DNA of 64,000 nucleotides from an uncultured Acidobacteriota bacterium (GCA_963770895.1 CAVYRF010000002.1:372354-436353), one strand, 5' to 3'; positions 19,127 to 29,583 are shown, counted from the stretch's first letter. Notes: generated by a model from the sequence alone, not told the origin. Numbers and translations: made by a program.

Positions 19127-19423
19127 TCAGCTGGAAGCAGGCGGTTCTTCCATCCCCACCGCGAACATCCGCTCCAGGTTGTAACGCGAGAAAGCACGGA
19201 ACGCGATCAAGGTCTCCGTGCGCACGATGCCGTCGATCTTGAGCATGCGAGTGGTCACCGCCGTGGCAATGCCCTCGTTGTCCCGCACCCGAGCCACCGC
19301 CACCAGGTCGTACTGCCCGGCGACCGAATACACCTCGGTGATCCCCGGCAGCTCCACCAGCTGCTCCGCAACCTCATTGACCTTCGACTTCTCCACCACC
19401 AAAAGGATGACGGCGCTAACCAT
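19127..19423 (-). CDS. stand-alone Lrp/AsnC ligand-binding (RAM) domain protein, ~99 aa
   Basis: MVSAVILLVVEKSKVNEVAEQLVELPGITEVYSVAGQYDLVAVARVRDNEGIATAVTTRMLKIDGIVRTETLIAF is the AsnC C-terminal domain pattern. No HTH lies upstream. Confidence 0.6.
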   Translation of the reverse strand: MVSAVILLVVEKSKVNEVAEQLVELPGITEVYSVAGQYDLVAVARVRDNEGIATAVTTRMLKIDGIVRTETLIAFRAFSRYNLERMFAVGMEEPPASS

Positions 19424-19598
19424 GACGGGCTCTCCCCCGGCGGCACGCGATCCCAGGCGCCGGTATTCCCTCAGCAACTATATCCAATCGCAGCCCGCCG
19501 GTTTGCCCACCCAGCCTGTCCGCCGGTCGCCTTGCATGCGGCAGCGCCGTGCCCCCGTCCAACCTGGGCGACCATTCACGGAATGGTAGATTCCCGCC

Positions 19599-20927
19599 AT
19601 GACGATCGATGACGCCCTGGGGCTGCCGGTGGATCTCCTGCAGAAGGCCGTCGCTACCCTTGTCGAGCTGACCGCGATCTCCTCGGCAAGCGGCGAACCG
19701 GCCGGCCTCAACGCCCTGGCAGAACGCCTGGCCGCGGAGCTCCAGGCGCGCGGTCTGCACACCGAGGTGCGCCAGACGCCATCCGCCGGCGCCACGCTGC
19801 CGGTCCTCTACGCGCGCAGCCCCGGCCCGGGCTCCGGCTTCCTCGCCCCCAGCGCAACCGGCGCCTCAGGCGACGCGGCCGCCTCCCCACCCGCCGGGGC
19901 CGCGGGCAACGGCCACGGCCACCTGCTGCTCATCGGCCACATGGACACCGTGCTGCCGGCGGCGCCCCCCCGCCGCGAAGCCGACCGGCTGATCGCGACC
20001 GGCGCCGTGGACATGAAGGGAGGCCTGGTGACCCTCCTGGCCGCCCTCGACCTCCTGGCGCGGCGCGGCGCGGTGCCGCCCGCCGACCTGCTGCTGGCGG
20101 TGGTCCCCGACGAAGAGGTCGGCGGCGAGCTGTCGCGTGCCACCGTCGCCGCCTGCGGCGCCGAGGCGCGAGCCCTATGGGTCCTGGAGCCGGGCGAGCC
20201 CGGAAGCGCCCCCGGCGCCGAAACCGCCGTCGGCGGCCGCCGCGGCATGTTCAACTGGCGCCTGCTGGCGGAAGGCCGGTCTGCCCACTCCGGCCTGCAC
20301 TTCGCCGCAGGACGCTCCGCCCTGCTCGCCGCCGCCCGCTGGAGCACCGCCGCGGCCAGCGACCCCGCGGCCAACGGCGCCGCCCTGCAAGCCCCGACCG
20401 TCAACGTCGGCAGGCTCGTCGCCGGCGACGCCAGCTTCGTCGGCAACCTGGCCCAAACCCACGACTTCGTGGGCACCGAGCGCCAGCTCAACGTGGTGCC
20501 CAACCGCGCCATCGTCGAAGGCGAAGTCCGCTTCACCCGCCCCGCCGACGCCCAAGCCGCCACCACCACCCTGACCAACCTCGCCGCCGACGTCGCCGCC
20601 CAAACCGAAACCACCCTGCGTTTCACCCGCGGCGCCACCGTCCCCCCCGTCGACCCGCACGGCCCTCAGCGACCCATCCTTGCTCGCGCCGTAGCCCTGG
20701 CCGCAGCGCGCGGCTGGCACCTGCAGGTGGAAGAAGAGCGCGGCGGCATCTCCTTTCCCAACTTCCTCCCCAACCCCGGCCACCTCCCCGTCCTGGACGG
20801 CCTGGGTCCCATCGGCGGCGGCATGCACACCCGCGACGAGTACGTCGACCTGCTGTCCCTGCAACGCCGCATCGTGCTGCTCGCAGACCTCCTGGCCGAG
20901 GACGCCGAAGCCCGCTGCCGCGCCTGA
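19599..20927 (+). CDS. M20 family metallopeptidase (ArgE/DapE/carboxypeptidase G2-like)
   Basis: LLLIGHMDTV...GAVDMKGG...VVPDEEVGG carries the M20 metal-binding and catalytic motifs. Confidence 0.7.
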   Translation: MTIDDALGLPVDLLQKAVATLVELTAISSASGEPAGLNALAERLAAELQARGLHTEVRQTPSAGATLPVLYARSPGPGSGFLAPSATGASGDAAASPPAGAAGNGHGHLLLIGHMDTVLPAAPPRREADRLIATGAVDMKGGLVTLLAALDLLARRGAVPPADLLLAVVPDEEVGGELSRATVAACGAEARALWVLEPGEPGSAPGAETAVGGRRGMFNWRLLAEGRSAHSGLHFAAGRSALLAAARWSTAAASDPAANGAALQAPTVNVGRLVAGDASFVGNLAQTHDFVGTERQLNVVPNRAIVEGEVRFTRPADAQAATTTLTNLAADVAAQTETTLRFTRGATVPPVDPHGPQRPILARAVALAAARGWHLQVEEERGGISFPNFLPNPGHLPVLDGLGPIGGGMHTRDEYVDLLSLQRRIVLLADLLAEDAEARCRA

Positions 20928-21034
20928 AGACCGGGCGCGCACGCGCCTACGCATGCCGGTCAAGCCGACGTACCCGCACGACGGCCGCCGGCAGGGAAAG
21001 GATCTCTGGATCTCCAGTGAGGATTGCCCAGGCG

Positions 21035-21304
21035 TCAACGACCGCGACGTTGCCGCCGCTCATCCGCTTCGATCTCGGCTCGGTGATCGGCTTCCAAGGC
21101 CGTGACCGGATCTCCCGGGAGATCCTGAAAACAGCCGAAGAGAACGTCGATCGAATGCTCGGCCGCGACCGGAGTCAGGCGCACAGACCCATCGCCGACC
21201 ACTTCGACCGCAAGCCGAGTGCCCGACACCCAGCGAAGTTGCTCGCGGACGACCTTGGGAATCACGACCTGACCCTTGCTGGTGACGCGGGTTGCAGCCC
21301 TCAT
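21035..21304 (-). CDS. AbrB/MazE/SpoVT-family small DNA-binding protein (antitoxin-like) with no obvious cognate toxin
   Basis: MRAATRVTSKGQVVIPKVVREQLRWVSGTRLAVEVVGDGSVRLTPV is a swapped-hairpin AbrB-type domain. The tracker ORF 21035..21517 extends 5' without support. Confidence 0.6.
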   Translation of the reverse strand: MRAATRVTSKGQVVIPKVVREQLRWVSGTRLAVEVVGDGSVRLTPVAAEHSIDVLFGCFQDLPGDPVTALEADHRAEIEADERRQRRGR

Positions 21305-21503
21305 GAACGCAATCTTACAAGTGATGTAAGACAGCAGCCAACGTTCGAACGAGGCGCCCGCCGGCGTCGCGGTTCGCATCCGGCGCCGCCGCACACCCTT
21401 GCTCTTGAGCCAAGGCCCCCCTGCCACTGCGCGCTTCACACTGCCGGCGCATGACGGTGCAGCAGTACAACCCGACCGCGCCCCGTCCTTGGAAGCACCC
21501 GAC

Positions 21504-23417
21504 TTACTTCGCTGCAAGAACCTTCCGGCACCAGGCCTGGAGAAGCGTCCGCCGGCTGCTCGATAGATCGCGGGTGCGCGGCATGTAGTGGCTCGACATC
21601 CAGTTGGCCGGCGCCGGGCTGGTGGCGTCCAGGATGGCCTGCGCGTGCTCGGTGACCGCGGCCTCCTTGTTGAGCAAGAAGACCTGGTTCATCGCCGGAT
21701 AGAGCAGGTAGTAGGTCCGCAGCACCTTCTGGTAGACCACGTCGAACGTCAGCTGGGCGTTGCCCACCGGCTCCGGGTCGGCCGGGTCCACGTAGTAGCG
21801 GGAGAAGTCCTCGCCGTTGGGCAGCAGGCGCAGGCTGATCTGCGGCCGGTTGGTAATGAACGGCGGGAACATGAACGTGCCGTAGCTGGCCGGCGGCGGG
21901 GCCTGGCCGTCGACGGTGAAGGTGAGCAGGAAGTTTCCCGGCTGGTCGGTCGCGATCGGGATCGGCTGGCCCGGCTTGTAGCCGGTGGCGATCGCCACCG
22001 CATTGCCGGGGGCCTGGAGCGGCACGGACGCGTACCACCAGACCGTGAGCGGCGGGCACGTGCCGGCCGCGAGCTGCTGGCCCTGGCGAAAGACCACGAC
22101 GCTCGCCGGCTCCGCGCTCCCATTGTTCACCAGCTCGGTTCCAGAGCCGCCCTGCTCACCGTAGATCGCCTGCTGGTTGCTGACGATGTAGTAGTCGGTC
22201 TCCGCCAGAACGACGACGGACGCCGCATGGCGGAGCTGGAACGTGCCGCCGCCCTTGGAAGCCAGGATCTGCTGCGCCGCCGCATTCGCCGAGATGTTGA
22301 AGTCGAACAGCCAGCCGCCCTGGTTCCCCGCGTCCGTATCCGCGTAGCTCACCGGTCCCACCGTGGCGCTAGCGCTCCCGTTGGTGACCACCAGGGAGAC
22401 CGGTCCGAAGTCGTACTTGGGGTTGACGCCCGCCTGGAAGTAGTCCGGGAACGTGCCGGAGAAATCGGCGGAGATGCGGTCGCCCTCCACCGCGAGCACC
22501 GCCGGCGCCAGGGCGATCAAACCATTCTGGCCGTTGTTCTGCGAGCCCGAGGGGGTGGCGATCGACGGCGTGTCGGCCACCATCAGCCGGCCCACCGGCC
22601 CGGTGAAGATGGTTTCGCTCTCATACAGGGGCGCCAGGGTGGCGACCAGCTGGATGACCGCGGAGTTGGGCGCCTGTTTTTCGTAAAGGGCCTCGATCTT
22701 CGTGTTGCCCACGACCGTCTGCGTCGACTGGAAGAGGTAGTAACGCAGGATGACGCCGACGATCCGCGGATCGTCGAAACCTGGAATGTCGATCACGACG
22801 CCCGAGCCCTTGCGCAGCACGTGGTAGACATAGCCGGCAGCGCCCGCGTCCTGGGTCAAGTTGACGTTGCGATAGAAGTTGAGCCACTGACAGGAACCCT
22901 TGGACCCGCCGCCGCTGAGCCAGGTCCGGTCCCCCTGCGAGAGCTTCACCGTGCTGAGGAAAAACTGCGTGGCGGGCGGCGAGCCTTCCGAGTTCACGTC
23001 CGTCATGGTGCCGGAGAAGCCCAGCGTCGCACCCAGCAGACCGGTGACCGGAACTGCACTGTCCGGGCTGGTATGCACCTGCTCCGGCGCCGTCGTCACC
23101 CCGACCACGCTGGCCGAGGTCAAGTTCATGCTCATGCCCCCGTAGTAGTTCCACTCCGCAGGGATGATCTGCGTCTGCCCACCCTGGGCGTCGAACGTCT
23201 GCGCCTTCTGCACCCAGGCGATGAAATCCGCATCGGACATGCCATAGGTCCGAGCCTCGACCAGCTTCGAATCGATCAGCGCCAGCGTCTGCCCGGCATA
23301 AGGCCCATAGCTATCAGGCAGCGTGACGGCACCCGCATAGTCATCGTTGTTCGCCGTGCCAGGGCTCACCGTCAGCACGCCAGTCACATTGATCCGAGGG
23401 AAGTCAAACAGGCTCAT
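21504..23417 (-). CDS. large hypothetical protein of 637 aa with no recognisable domain, signal peptide or TM segment. It is a candidate defence-associated protein.
   Basis: The reading frame is clean, with high coding GC. A strong RBS GGAGGAGGAG lies directly upstream of ATG 23417. The gene is on the same strand as the MNT/HEPN-like pair upstream and abuts the CRISPR array 1 trailer. Confidence 0.7.
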   Translation of the reverse strand: MSLFDFPRINVTGVLTVSPGTANNDDYAGAVTLPDSYGPYAGQTLALIDSKLVEARTYGMSDADFIAWVQKAQTFDAQGGQTQIIPAEWNYYGGMSMNLTSASVVGVTTAPEQVHTSPDSAVPVTGLLGATLGFSGTMTDVNSEGSPPATQFFLSTVKLSQGDRTWLSGGGSKGSCQWLNFYRNVNLTQDAGAAGYVYHVLRKGSGVVIDIPGFDDPRIVGVILRYYLFQSTQTVVGNTKIEALYEKQAPNSAVIQLVATLAPLYESETIFTGPVGRLMVADTPSIATPSGSQNNGQNGLIALAPAVLAVEGDRISADFSGTFPDYFQAGVNPKYDFGPVSLVVTNGSASATVGPVSYADTDAGNQGGWLFDFNISANAAAQQILASKGGGTFQLRHAASVVVLAETDYYIVSNQQAIYGEQGGSGTELVNNGSAEPASVVVFRQGQQLAAGTCPPLTVWWYASVPLQAPGNAVAIATGYKPGQPIPIATDQPGNFLLTFTVDGQAPPPASYGTFMFPPFITNRPQISLRLLPNGEDFSRYYVDPADPEPVGNAQLTFDVVYQKVLRTYYLLYPAMNQVFLLNKEAAVTEHAQAILDATSPAPANWMSSHYMPRTRDLSSSRRTLLQAWCRKVLAAK

Positions 23418-23537
23418 CGCTCCTCCTCCCAGGCAGCATCACAGCCCTACCGTAACTGCCAATTCATGAATTCGCATCATGCCACGGGGTGGTATACGGG
23501 TCAAGGTCCCGGTTTCGCATCTCGCCAGGTGCGGCGC

Positions 23538-23993
23538 TTACTCCGCCGCACGCAGAAACTCGAAGAACCTCTCGATCTGGCCTCGATAGAGGGGTTCAAG
23601 GCGTTGCGCCGCAGCGACGACAAGACCCAACCGCGCCGCGTCCAAGCGCGCGCTGTAGGCAGAGCGAAACAGGTGCCGAAATCGCAGCAGCTCCTCGAGC
23701 GCTGCGAACGCCGCATCGTCGATCACCGCCGGCCGCACAGGACTGAGATCCAGCCGCATTCTTTCCAGCAGCTGCCGGTGCCAACCCGCGCGGTCGTCAA
23801 GGGAGTTCTCGAAAGCGATGGCGACATTGCGGAAGATGTTCTCGAACGCCGTGTAGAGGTTATGCAGACGGTAGGCCGCAACGATCAGCGCCTCGTCGGA
23901 GGGAGCGCTGCCGAGCACATCGGCTCCCAGCGCCGCATAGAGGTCGTCGACGGTCGCCAGATCCTTGCGGACGCTAGCTTCGAGGAGGATCAT
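23538..23993 (-). CDS. HEPN-superfamily-like partner of the minimal nucleotidyltransferase (putative; called mainly from context). The start is ATG 23993 or 24005.
   Basis: The ~150-aa helical protein MILLEASVRKDLATVDDLYAALGADVLG...LRFRHLFRSAY... starts about 20-30 bp inside the MNT 3' end. That overlap is the classic MNT-HEPN pair arrangement. The canonical Rx4-6H motif is not clearly matched. Confidence 0.4.
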   Translation of the reverse strand: MILLEASVRKDLATVDDLYAALGADVLGSAPSDEALIVAAYRLHNLYTAFENIFRNVAIAFENSLDDRAGWHRQLLERMRLDLSPVRPAVIDDAAFAALEELLRFRHLFRSAYSARLDAARLGLVVAAAQRLEPLYRGQIERFFEFLRAAE

Positions 23994-24390
23994 TCCGTCG
24001 CGCATAGCAGAGCTCTCCGTAGGCAGAAACCGCTTCGGCCACAGCCCCCAGAAGCGGGCGCAGATCGACATTGCGCAGCAGCGCCCGCTCCAAGTCCCGC
24101 CATAACGGCGTCTCGGACGCAATGTCGTCGCTGTCCACCGCAAGATCGATATCGGAATGGGGACTGAACCGGCCAGCCTGGACAATGGAACCGAAAACAT
24201 AGATTCGCCGAATCGGCGGATACCCCGCCGCGTAGCGAGGCACGACCTCCCGCACCAGCGCCAGCGCCTCCAACCGCTGCCGTTCGCGCAGCTCCTGCCT
24301 CTCGGCCTCACGCCGAAGGTGGAACTCTCGAAAAGCCTCCTGAGCCGGGGTTGCCACGGAATAGGAGTCTATCTCACAGTCGCCCACCAT
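23974..24390 (-). CDS. minimal nucleotidyltransferase (MNT, MntA-like)
   Basis: IRRIYVFGSIVQAGRFSPHSDIDLAVDSDD matches the GSx9-13DxD NTase signature. The tracker ORF 23974..24546 extends 5'. Confidence 0.7.
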   Translation of the reverse strand: MVGDCEIDSYSVATPAQEAFREFHLRREAERQELRERQRLEALALVREVVPRYAAGYPPIRRIYVFGSIVQAGRFSPHSDIDLAVDSDDIASETPLWRDLERALLRNVDLRPLLGAVAEAVSAYGELCYARRNDPPRS

Positions 24391-24616
24391 CCGAGCCCGG
24401 CAACTGCCGCCTCCCTCAGCGGTTGCCTCACCTCCAGCGAGGCCCGACCACATGGAACAAAGAGGCCGGGAAGGAGCCCGGGAGTTACTTTCGGCACGCA
24501 CGTCTGCTAGACCCCGCTGGCTCACGTCCATGAGTACCGGTCCCATGCGACAACATGATCGACCTACGTTGAAGACAGTGCCCCTTCGCCCCGGATGTCA
24601 CGAAGCGAATCCGGCA

Positions 24617-27600
24617 GAAGATCCGCCAGGCGCCCCGCGCAAGGGCGACGAAGACGATTCCCAGCCGCTGCGTTTCGGCCCGCGAGTTTCAATCCACGCC
24701 CCCCGCAGGAGGCGACGGCCGGCAGTGGCGCCACTACGTCCACGGCAAAGTTTCAATCCACGCCCCCGCACAGGGGGCGACCACGCCGGTGGATTCCGGT
24801 CGCGCTCGCGCCAGTTGGTTTCAATCGACGCCCCCCGCGCAGGGGGCGACGCCTTGAGGCGCGACCATGCGTCGGTCGTGTCCTGTTTCAAGCCACGCCC
24901 CCGCGCAGGGGGCGACCACCCAGGCGCGCCGAATGTTCCGCCGGTGACAAAGTTTCAAGCCACGCCCCCGCGCAGGGGGCGACCCGCTGTTCACCAAGAT
25001 TGGCTGTCCCGGCGAGAGTTTCAATCCACGCCCCCGCGCAGGGGGCGACGAGGCGATCGACTGCCCTACGTGCGACGGCAGCGGGTTTCAATCCACGCCC
25101 CCGCGCAGGGGGCGACTCGAGGTGCGCCGGGTCGGCGAACACGTTGAACTTGTTTCAATCCACGCCGCCGCGCAGGGGGCGACTCGACGTAGCGCAACGA
25201 AAGGAGATAGATCATGAGTTTCAATCCACGCCCCCGCGCAGGGGGCGACAGTCTCTTGAGCAGGCACTGACTGCGCTTCGCGAGTTTCAATCCACGCCCC
25301 CGCGCAGGGGGCGACCTGTGTTGAGGGTGGATAGGCCAGCATTGGCTAGTTTCAATCCACGCCCCCGCGCAGGGGGCGACAAGCATTTTCTGCCACTGCT
25401 GTAGTGTCACCACTGTTTCAATCCACGCCCCCGCGCAGGGGGCGACGCGCGCAGCACCTTGCGCTTGCGGGCGAACAGACTGTTTCACTCCACGCCCCCG
25501 CGCAGGGGGCGACGAAAGTCCGTCCAAGTCCTCAGTCGCGACGATCGGGTTTCAATCCACGCCCCCGCGCAGGGGGCGACGCGCACCTTCGCCCCGGAGG
25601 TGGAGGCGATAAGGCGTTTCAATCCACGCCCCCGCGCAAGGGGGCGACCCCATGAGCCCGAAGGGTTTGATAGGCCCAACAAGTTTCAATCCACGCCCCC
25701 GCGCAGGGGGCGACAGTGGCCGGAGGTGGGCTGCTGGGACAGCGAGTGTTTCAATCCACGCCCCCGCGCAGGGGGCGACTACCGGGCGGCTCCGCTGAGA
25801 ACGGCAGTTGCGGGTTTCAATCCACGCCCCCGCGCAGGGGGCGACTTGCCGGCGGACTCGTTGATCGAGGCGCCCTGCTGTTTCAATCCACGCCCCCGCG
25901 CAGGGGGCGACTCGCTGGATGCCGGCGGGATCTCGATGGTCACCGGTTTCAATCCACGCCCCCGCGCAGGGGGCGACGCGAGATCTTCGCGGCCACCCGC
26001 GAGGCGTTTTTGTTTCAATCCACGCCCCCGCGCAGGGGGCGACAGAGTGCTCGTGCCCGATCTTCCAAGCTCATCTCGTTTCAATCCACGCCCCCGCGCA
26101 GGGGGCGACAAGTATTCAATGCGTCGATCCGCCGAGCGAAAGAGTTTCAATCCACGCCCCCGCGCAGGGGGCGACGGCGAAAACACAACTCCTTTTTCGG
26201 CATACCCCAGGTTTCAATCCACGCCCCCGCGCAGGGGGCGACCCGATCCGCTCTCTACTATCGTCGTCGGTCTTCTGTTTCAATCCACGCCCCCGCGCAG
26301 GGGGCGACGCGGACGCCGAAAGCGACACGGACGCGGCCACAAAGTTTCAATCCACGCCCCCGCGCAGGGGGCGACGTCAGGTGTTGATTCTGCAGGCAAC
26401 GCTCCCGAAGTTTCAATCCACGCCCCCGCGCAGGGGGCGACCAGCATCATCGTGATGATGGATGCCGTTATCAAGTTTCAATCCACGCCCCCGCGCAGGG
26501 GGCGACGCGATGCAGGCCGCGCAGAAGACCGGCAGCCTGATGTTTCAATCCACGCCCCCGCGCAGGGGGCGACTCCGATTCCACGTGCCCTGTTCCTTTA
26601 CGACCTTGTTTCAATCCACGCCCCCGCGCAGGGGGCGACATCCATGGGAAGCGGGGACGAAGTGGCAGATCCAGTTTCAATCCACGCCCCCGCGCAGGGG
26701 GCGACCGGACCCAGCCGTGACCACCTCCGGCCAGGAACTGGTTTCAATCCACGCCCCCGCGCAGGGGGCGACAGGATTGCCCACGCGATGTGCGCGGCGT
26801 TCAGGAAGTTTCAATCCACGCCCCCGCGCAGGGGGCGACCTAGCCGGTAGCATTTCTCATTCGCGCTGTAAGGGTTTCAATCCACGCCCCCGCGCAGGGG
26901 GCGACGTTATCAGCGACCGCCTTGAGCCGATCGGCCGTCAGTTTCAATCCACGCCCCCGCGCAGGGGGCGACATTTTCATTGGGCACCTCCAAGCAGGAG
27001 TGACCAGTTTCAATCCACGCCCCCGCGCAGGGGGCGACCAAAGACATCGGGGAGGGTCCGGTAGAGGTGCGAGTTTCAATCCACGCCCCCGCGCAGGGGG
27101 CGACGGTGTGTTGCTCCTGTGTCTGTGCTGCCTGGTTGGTTTCAATCCACGCCCCCGCGCAGGGGGCGACTGACGCCAGTCCCTTCGATCAATCCTTGGT
27201 AGAAGTTTCAATCCACGCCCCCGCGCAGGGGGCGACGCGGTGTCGACGCCGTTCCACTTCACCCCGTTGTTGTTTCAATCCACGCCCCCGCGCAGGGGGC
27301 GACCCAGGTGGTGGCGGCTGTGGACCTAAAGAGAAAAGTTTCAATCCACGCCCCCGCGCAGGGGGCGACTCGTGCAGGGTGCTGGTCATAGCGCGGATCT
27401 CCCGGTTTCAATCCACGCCCCCGCGCAGGGGGCGACTGCTGGCGCAGCGCATTTTGCTGTACGTCGAGGAGTTTCAATCCACGCCCCCGCGCAGGGGGCG
27501 ACCTTACCGTCACGCCGTCTCTAGAGCTTATTACGAGTTTCAATCCACGCCCCCGCGCAGGGGGCGACCCCGACGGCTACGCAGTGACGCAGACAGACAT

Positions 27601-29099
27601 GGTTTCAATCCACGCCCCCGCGCAGGGGGCGACGCTGGCGAGCGCCCCCTGGACGGTGGCATACGATCCGTTTCAATCCACGCCCCCGCGCAGGGGGCGA
27701 CCTTATTGGCCTCGCTCGGATTCGCAAGCGTGTTGAGTTTCAATCCACGCCCCCGCGCAGGGGGCGACGCCTGATTTTATGCAAGGCACCCTCAGCGCCA
27801 CGGGTTTCAATCCACGCCCCCGCGCAGGGGGCGACCTTCGCCCACCGGGCCATTGGGTCGTGAAGCATAAGTTTCAATCCACGCCCCCGCGCAGGGGGCG
27901 ACGGTAGCTAGAGCCAACGCCGATACCGGAGACAGGTTTCAATCCACGCCCCCGCGCAGGGGGCGACCTGGAACCCGATCGCCAAACGCGGCGGCTGGTA
28001 CGGGTTTCAATCCACGCCCCCGCGCAGGGGGCGACCGTAGCCCGTACACCACTCCTTCGTGAAGCTGTCGTTTCAATCCACGCCCCCGCGCAGGGGGCGA
28101 CACCAACGTCGGCTGCACCATGCTGGTGAAGGACATGTTTCAATCCACGCCCCCGCGCAGGGGGCGACATCGGTCTGGGTGTCGGAGATGACCTCCGCGA
28201 CCTGGTTTCAATCCACGCCCCCGCGCAGGGGGCGACTTTCGAGCGTCGCAAATCTCACCTCTTCCCCGATGTTTCAATCCACGCCCCCGCGCAGGGGGCG
28301 ACCAGGCACCAGGTACCCGAGTCTTAGCAAGCTCGAATGGTTTCAATCCACGCCCCCGCGCAGGGGGCGACGCTGCCGAATCGAGGTGATCTAACCATGT
28401 CTCTTGTTTCAATCCACGCCCCCGCGCAGGGGGCGACCCCCGGTCAGCACACAGGGGAAACACGAATGGATGTTTCAATCCACGCCCCCGCGCAGGGGGC
28501 GACTTGTAGCCCCCGTTGACGCGGTGCGTAATCTCGCGTTTCAATCCACGCCCCCGCGCAGGGGGCGACACGGGGCTGCTCCAGGGGCTCGCCGGCACCA
28601 CGAGTTTCAATCCACGCCCCCGCGCAGGGGGCGACATGGCCGGCCTAGATGTGCTGACGAAGACGATGCAGTTTCAATCCACGCCCCCGCGCAGGGGGCG
28701 ACTACCGGCAACGCGATGGGCGCGAAGCCGGCAAAGTTTCAATCCACGCCCCCGCGCAGGGGGCGACCACACTCGGAGACTGAGTGTGTTCCCGTCTACT
28801 CGTTTCAATCCACGCCCCCGCGCAGGGGGCGACCGGCTTCGGAATAATAGCCACTGCCGGGAACCCAGTTTCAATCCACGCCCCCGCGCAGGGGGCGACT
28901 TCGCCGAGCAGATCATCGATCAAAAGCTCCTGGTTTCAATCCACGCCCCCGCGCAGGGGGCGACTTGACGTTGACGACACCGAGGGTATCGAGCGACTTG
29001 TTTCAATCCACGCCCCCGCGCAGGGGGCGACCGAATGATCAATGACGTACGCGCCGGCCGCATGGTTGTTTCAATCCACGCCCCCGCGCAGGGGGCGAC
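24617..29099 (-). CRISPR. CRISPR array 1 (type I-C repeats), ~66 repeats, leader at the high-coordinate end
   Basis: The 32-bp repeat GTTTCAATCCACGCCCCCGCGCAGGGGGCGAC is regularly spaced with 33-38 bp unique spacers. Its reverse complement GTCGCCCCCTGCGCGGGGGCGTGGATTGAAAC is I-C type. The first copies at the low-coordinate end are degenerate, from 24617 to ~24720. The last repeat is at 29068-29099. Confidence 0.97.
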
Positions 29100-29292
29100 T
29101 GCGGCTCCTGAAGTATCTGATTCTTAAGGAACCAAAGTCCAGAATCCGCGAACCTACCCCCGGGTGCCCCGGATGGTCGGGCCGCACGCCTCGCAAAGAT
29201 GCGCAAAGCTTTCGTGCCCAGCGCGTAAGAGGCTCCGCGAACCTCTGCTGGAGGGAGTTGCTTGCTAGGGGTTCGCGGGCAACCCGCTTCCG
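29100..29292 (-). promoter_or_regulatory. CRISPR leader of array 1 (between cas2 and the first repeat)
   Basis: A ~190-bp non-coding segment lies adjacent to the newest repeat. It is ~75 % identical to the segment following array 2 (43211..43420). Confidence 0.7.
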
Positions 29293-29583
29293 TCAGGCGA
29301 TCAGCGGGCCATCGAGGTCCAGGACCGTCTTGATGCCATGATGTTCCTTGCGACCCTTCCAGTTGGCGCCCAGGAAGTAGAAGCGCAGGCTGTCCTCGGT
29401 CTCGTCAAATTCCCTCAGCAGCCTCAGGCGTAGCTGGGTCCATTGCGTGGGATCGACCAGACACTCAAAGACCGAATTCTGGACGCGCTGGCCGTAATCA
29501 AGGCAACACTTGGCGACGCGCCGGAGACGGCGGCGTCCGGCGAGTGTAGTCGTGGAGACGTCGTAGCTGACCAGAACGAGCAT
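29293..29583 (-). CDS. cas2: CRISPR-associated endoribonuclease Cas2
   Basis: MLVLVSYDVSTTTLAGRRRLRRVAKCCLDYGQRVQNSVFEC... is the typical Cas2 N-terminus. The gene is 96 aa. Confidence 0.9.
   Translation of the reverse strand: MLVLVSYDVSTTTLAGRRRLRRVAKCCLDYGQRVQNSVFECLVDPTQWTQLRLRLLREFDETEDSLRFYFLGANWKGRKEHHGIKTVLDLDGPLIA

Noticed and set aside
21588-24167. 859-aa plus-strand ORF across the defence-island region
   Set aside because: Antisense to the 637-aa, HEPN-like and MNT genes. It has Arg/Val/Gly-biased composition and no RBS or motifs.
24598-29038. Dozens of tracker ORFs inside CRISPR array 1 (peptides with recurring [10 protein letters not shown] / QSTPPRRGR / [10 protein letters not shown])
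   Set aside because: They are translations of the 32-bp repeat in different frames on both strands. The periodic repeat-spacer structure shows they are not genes.
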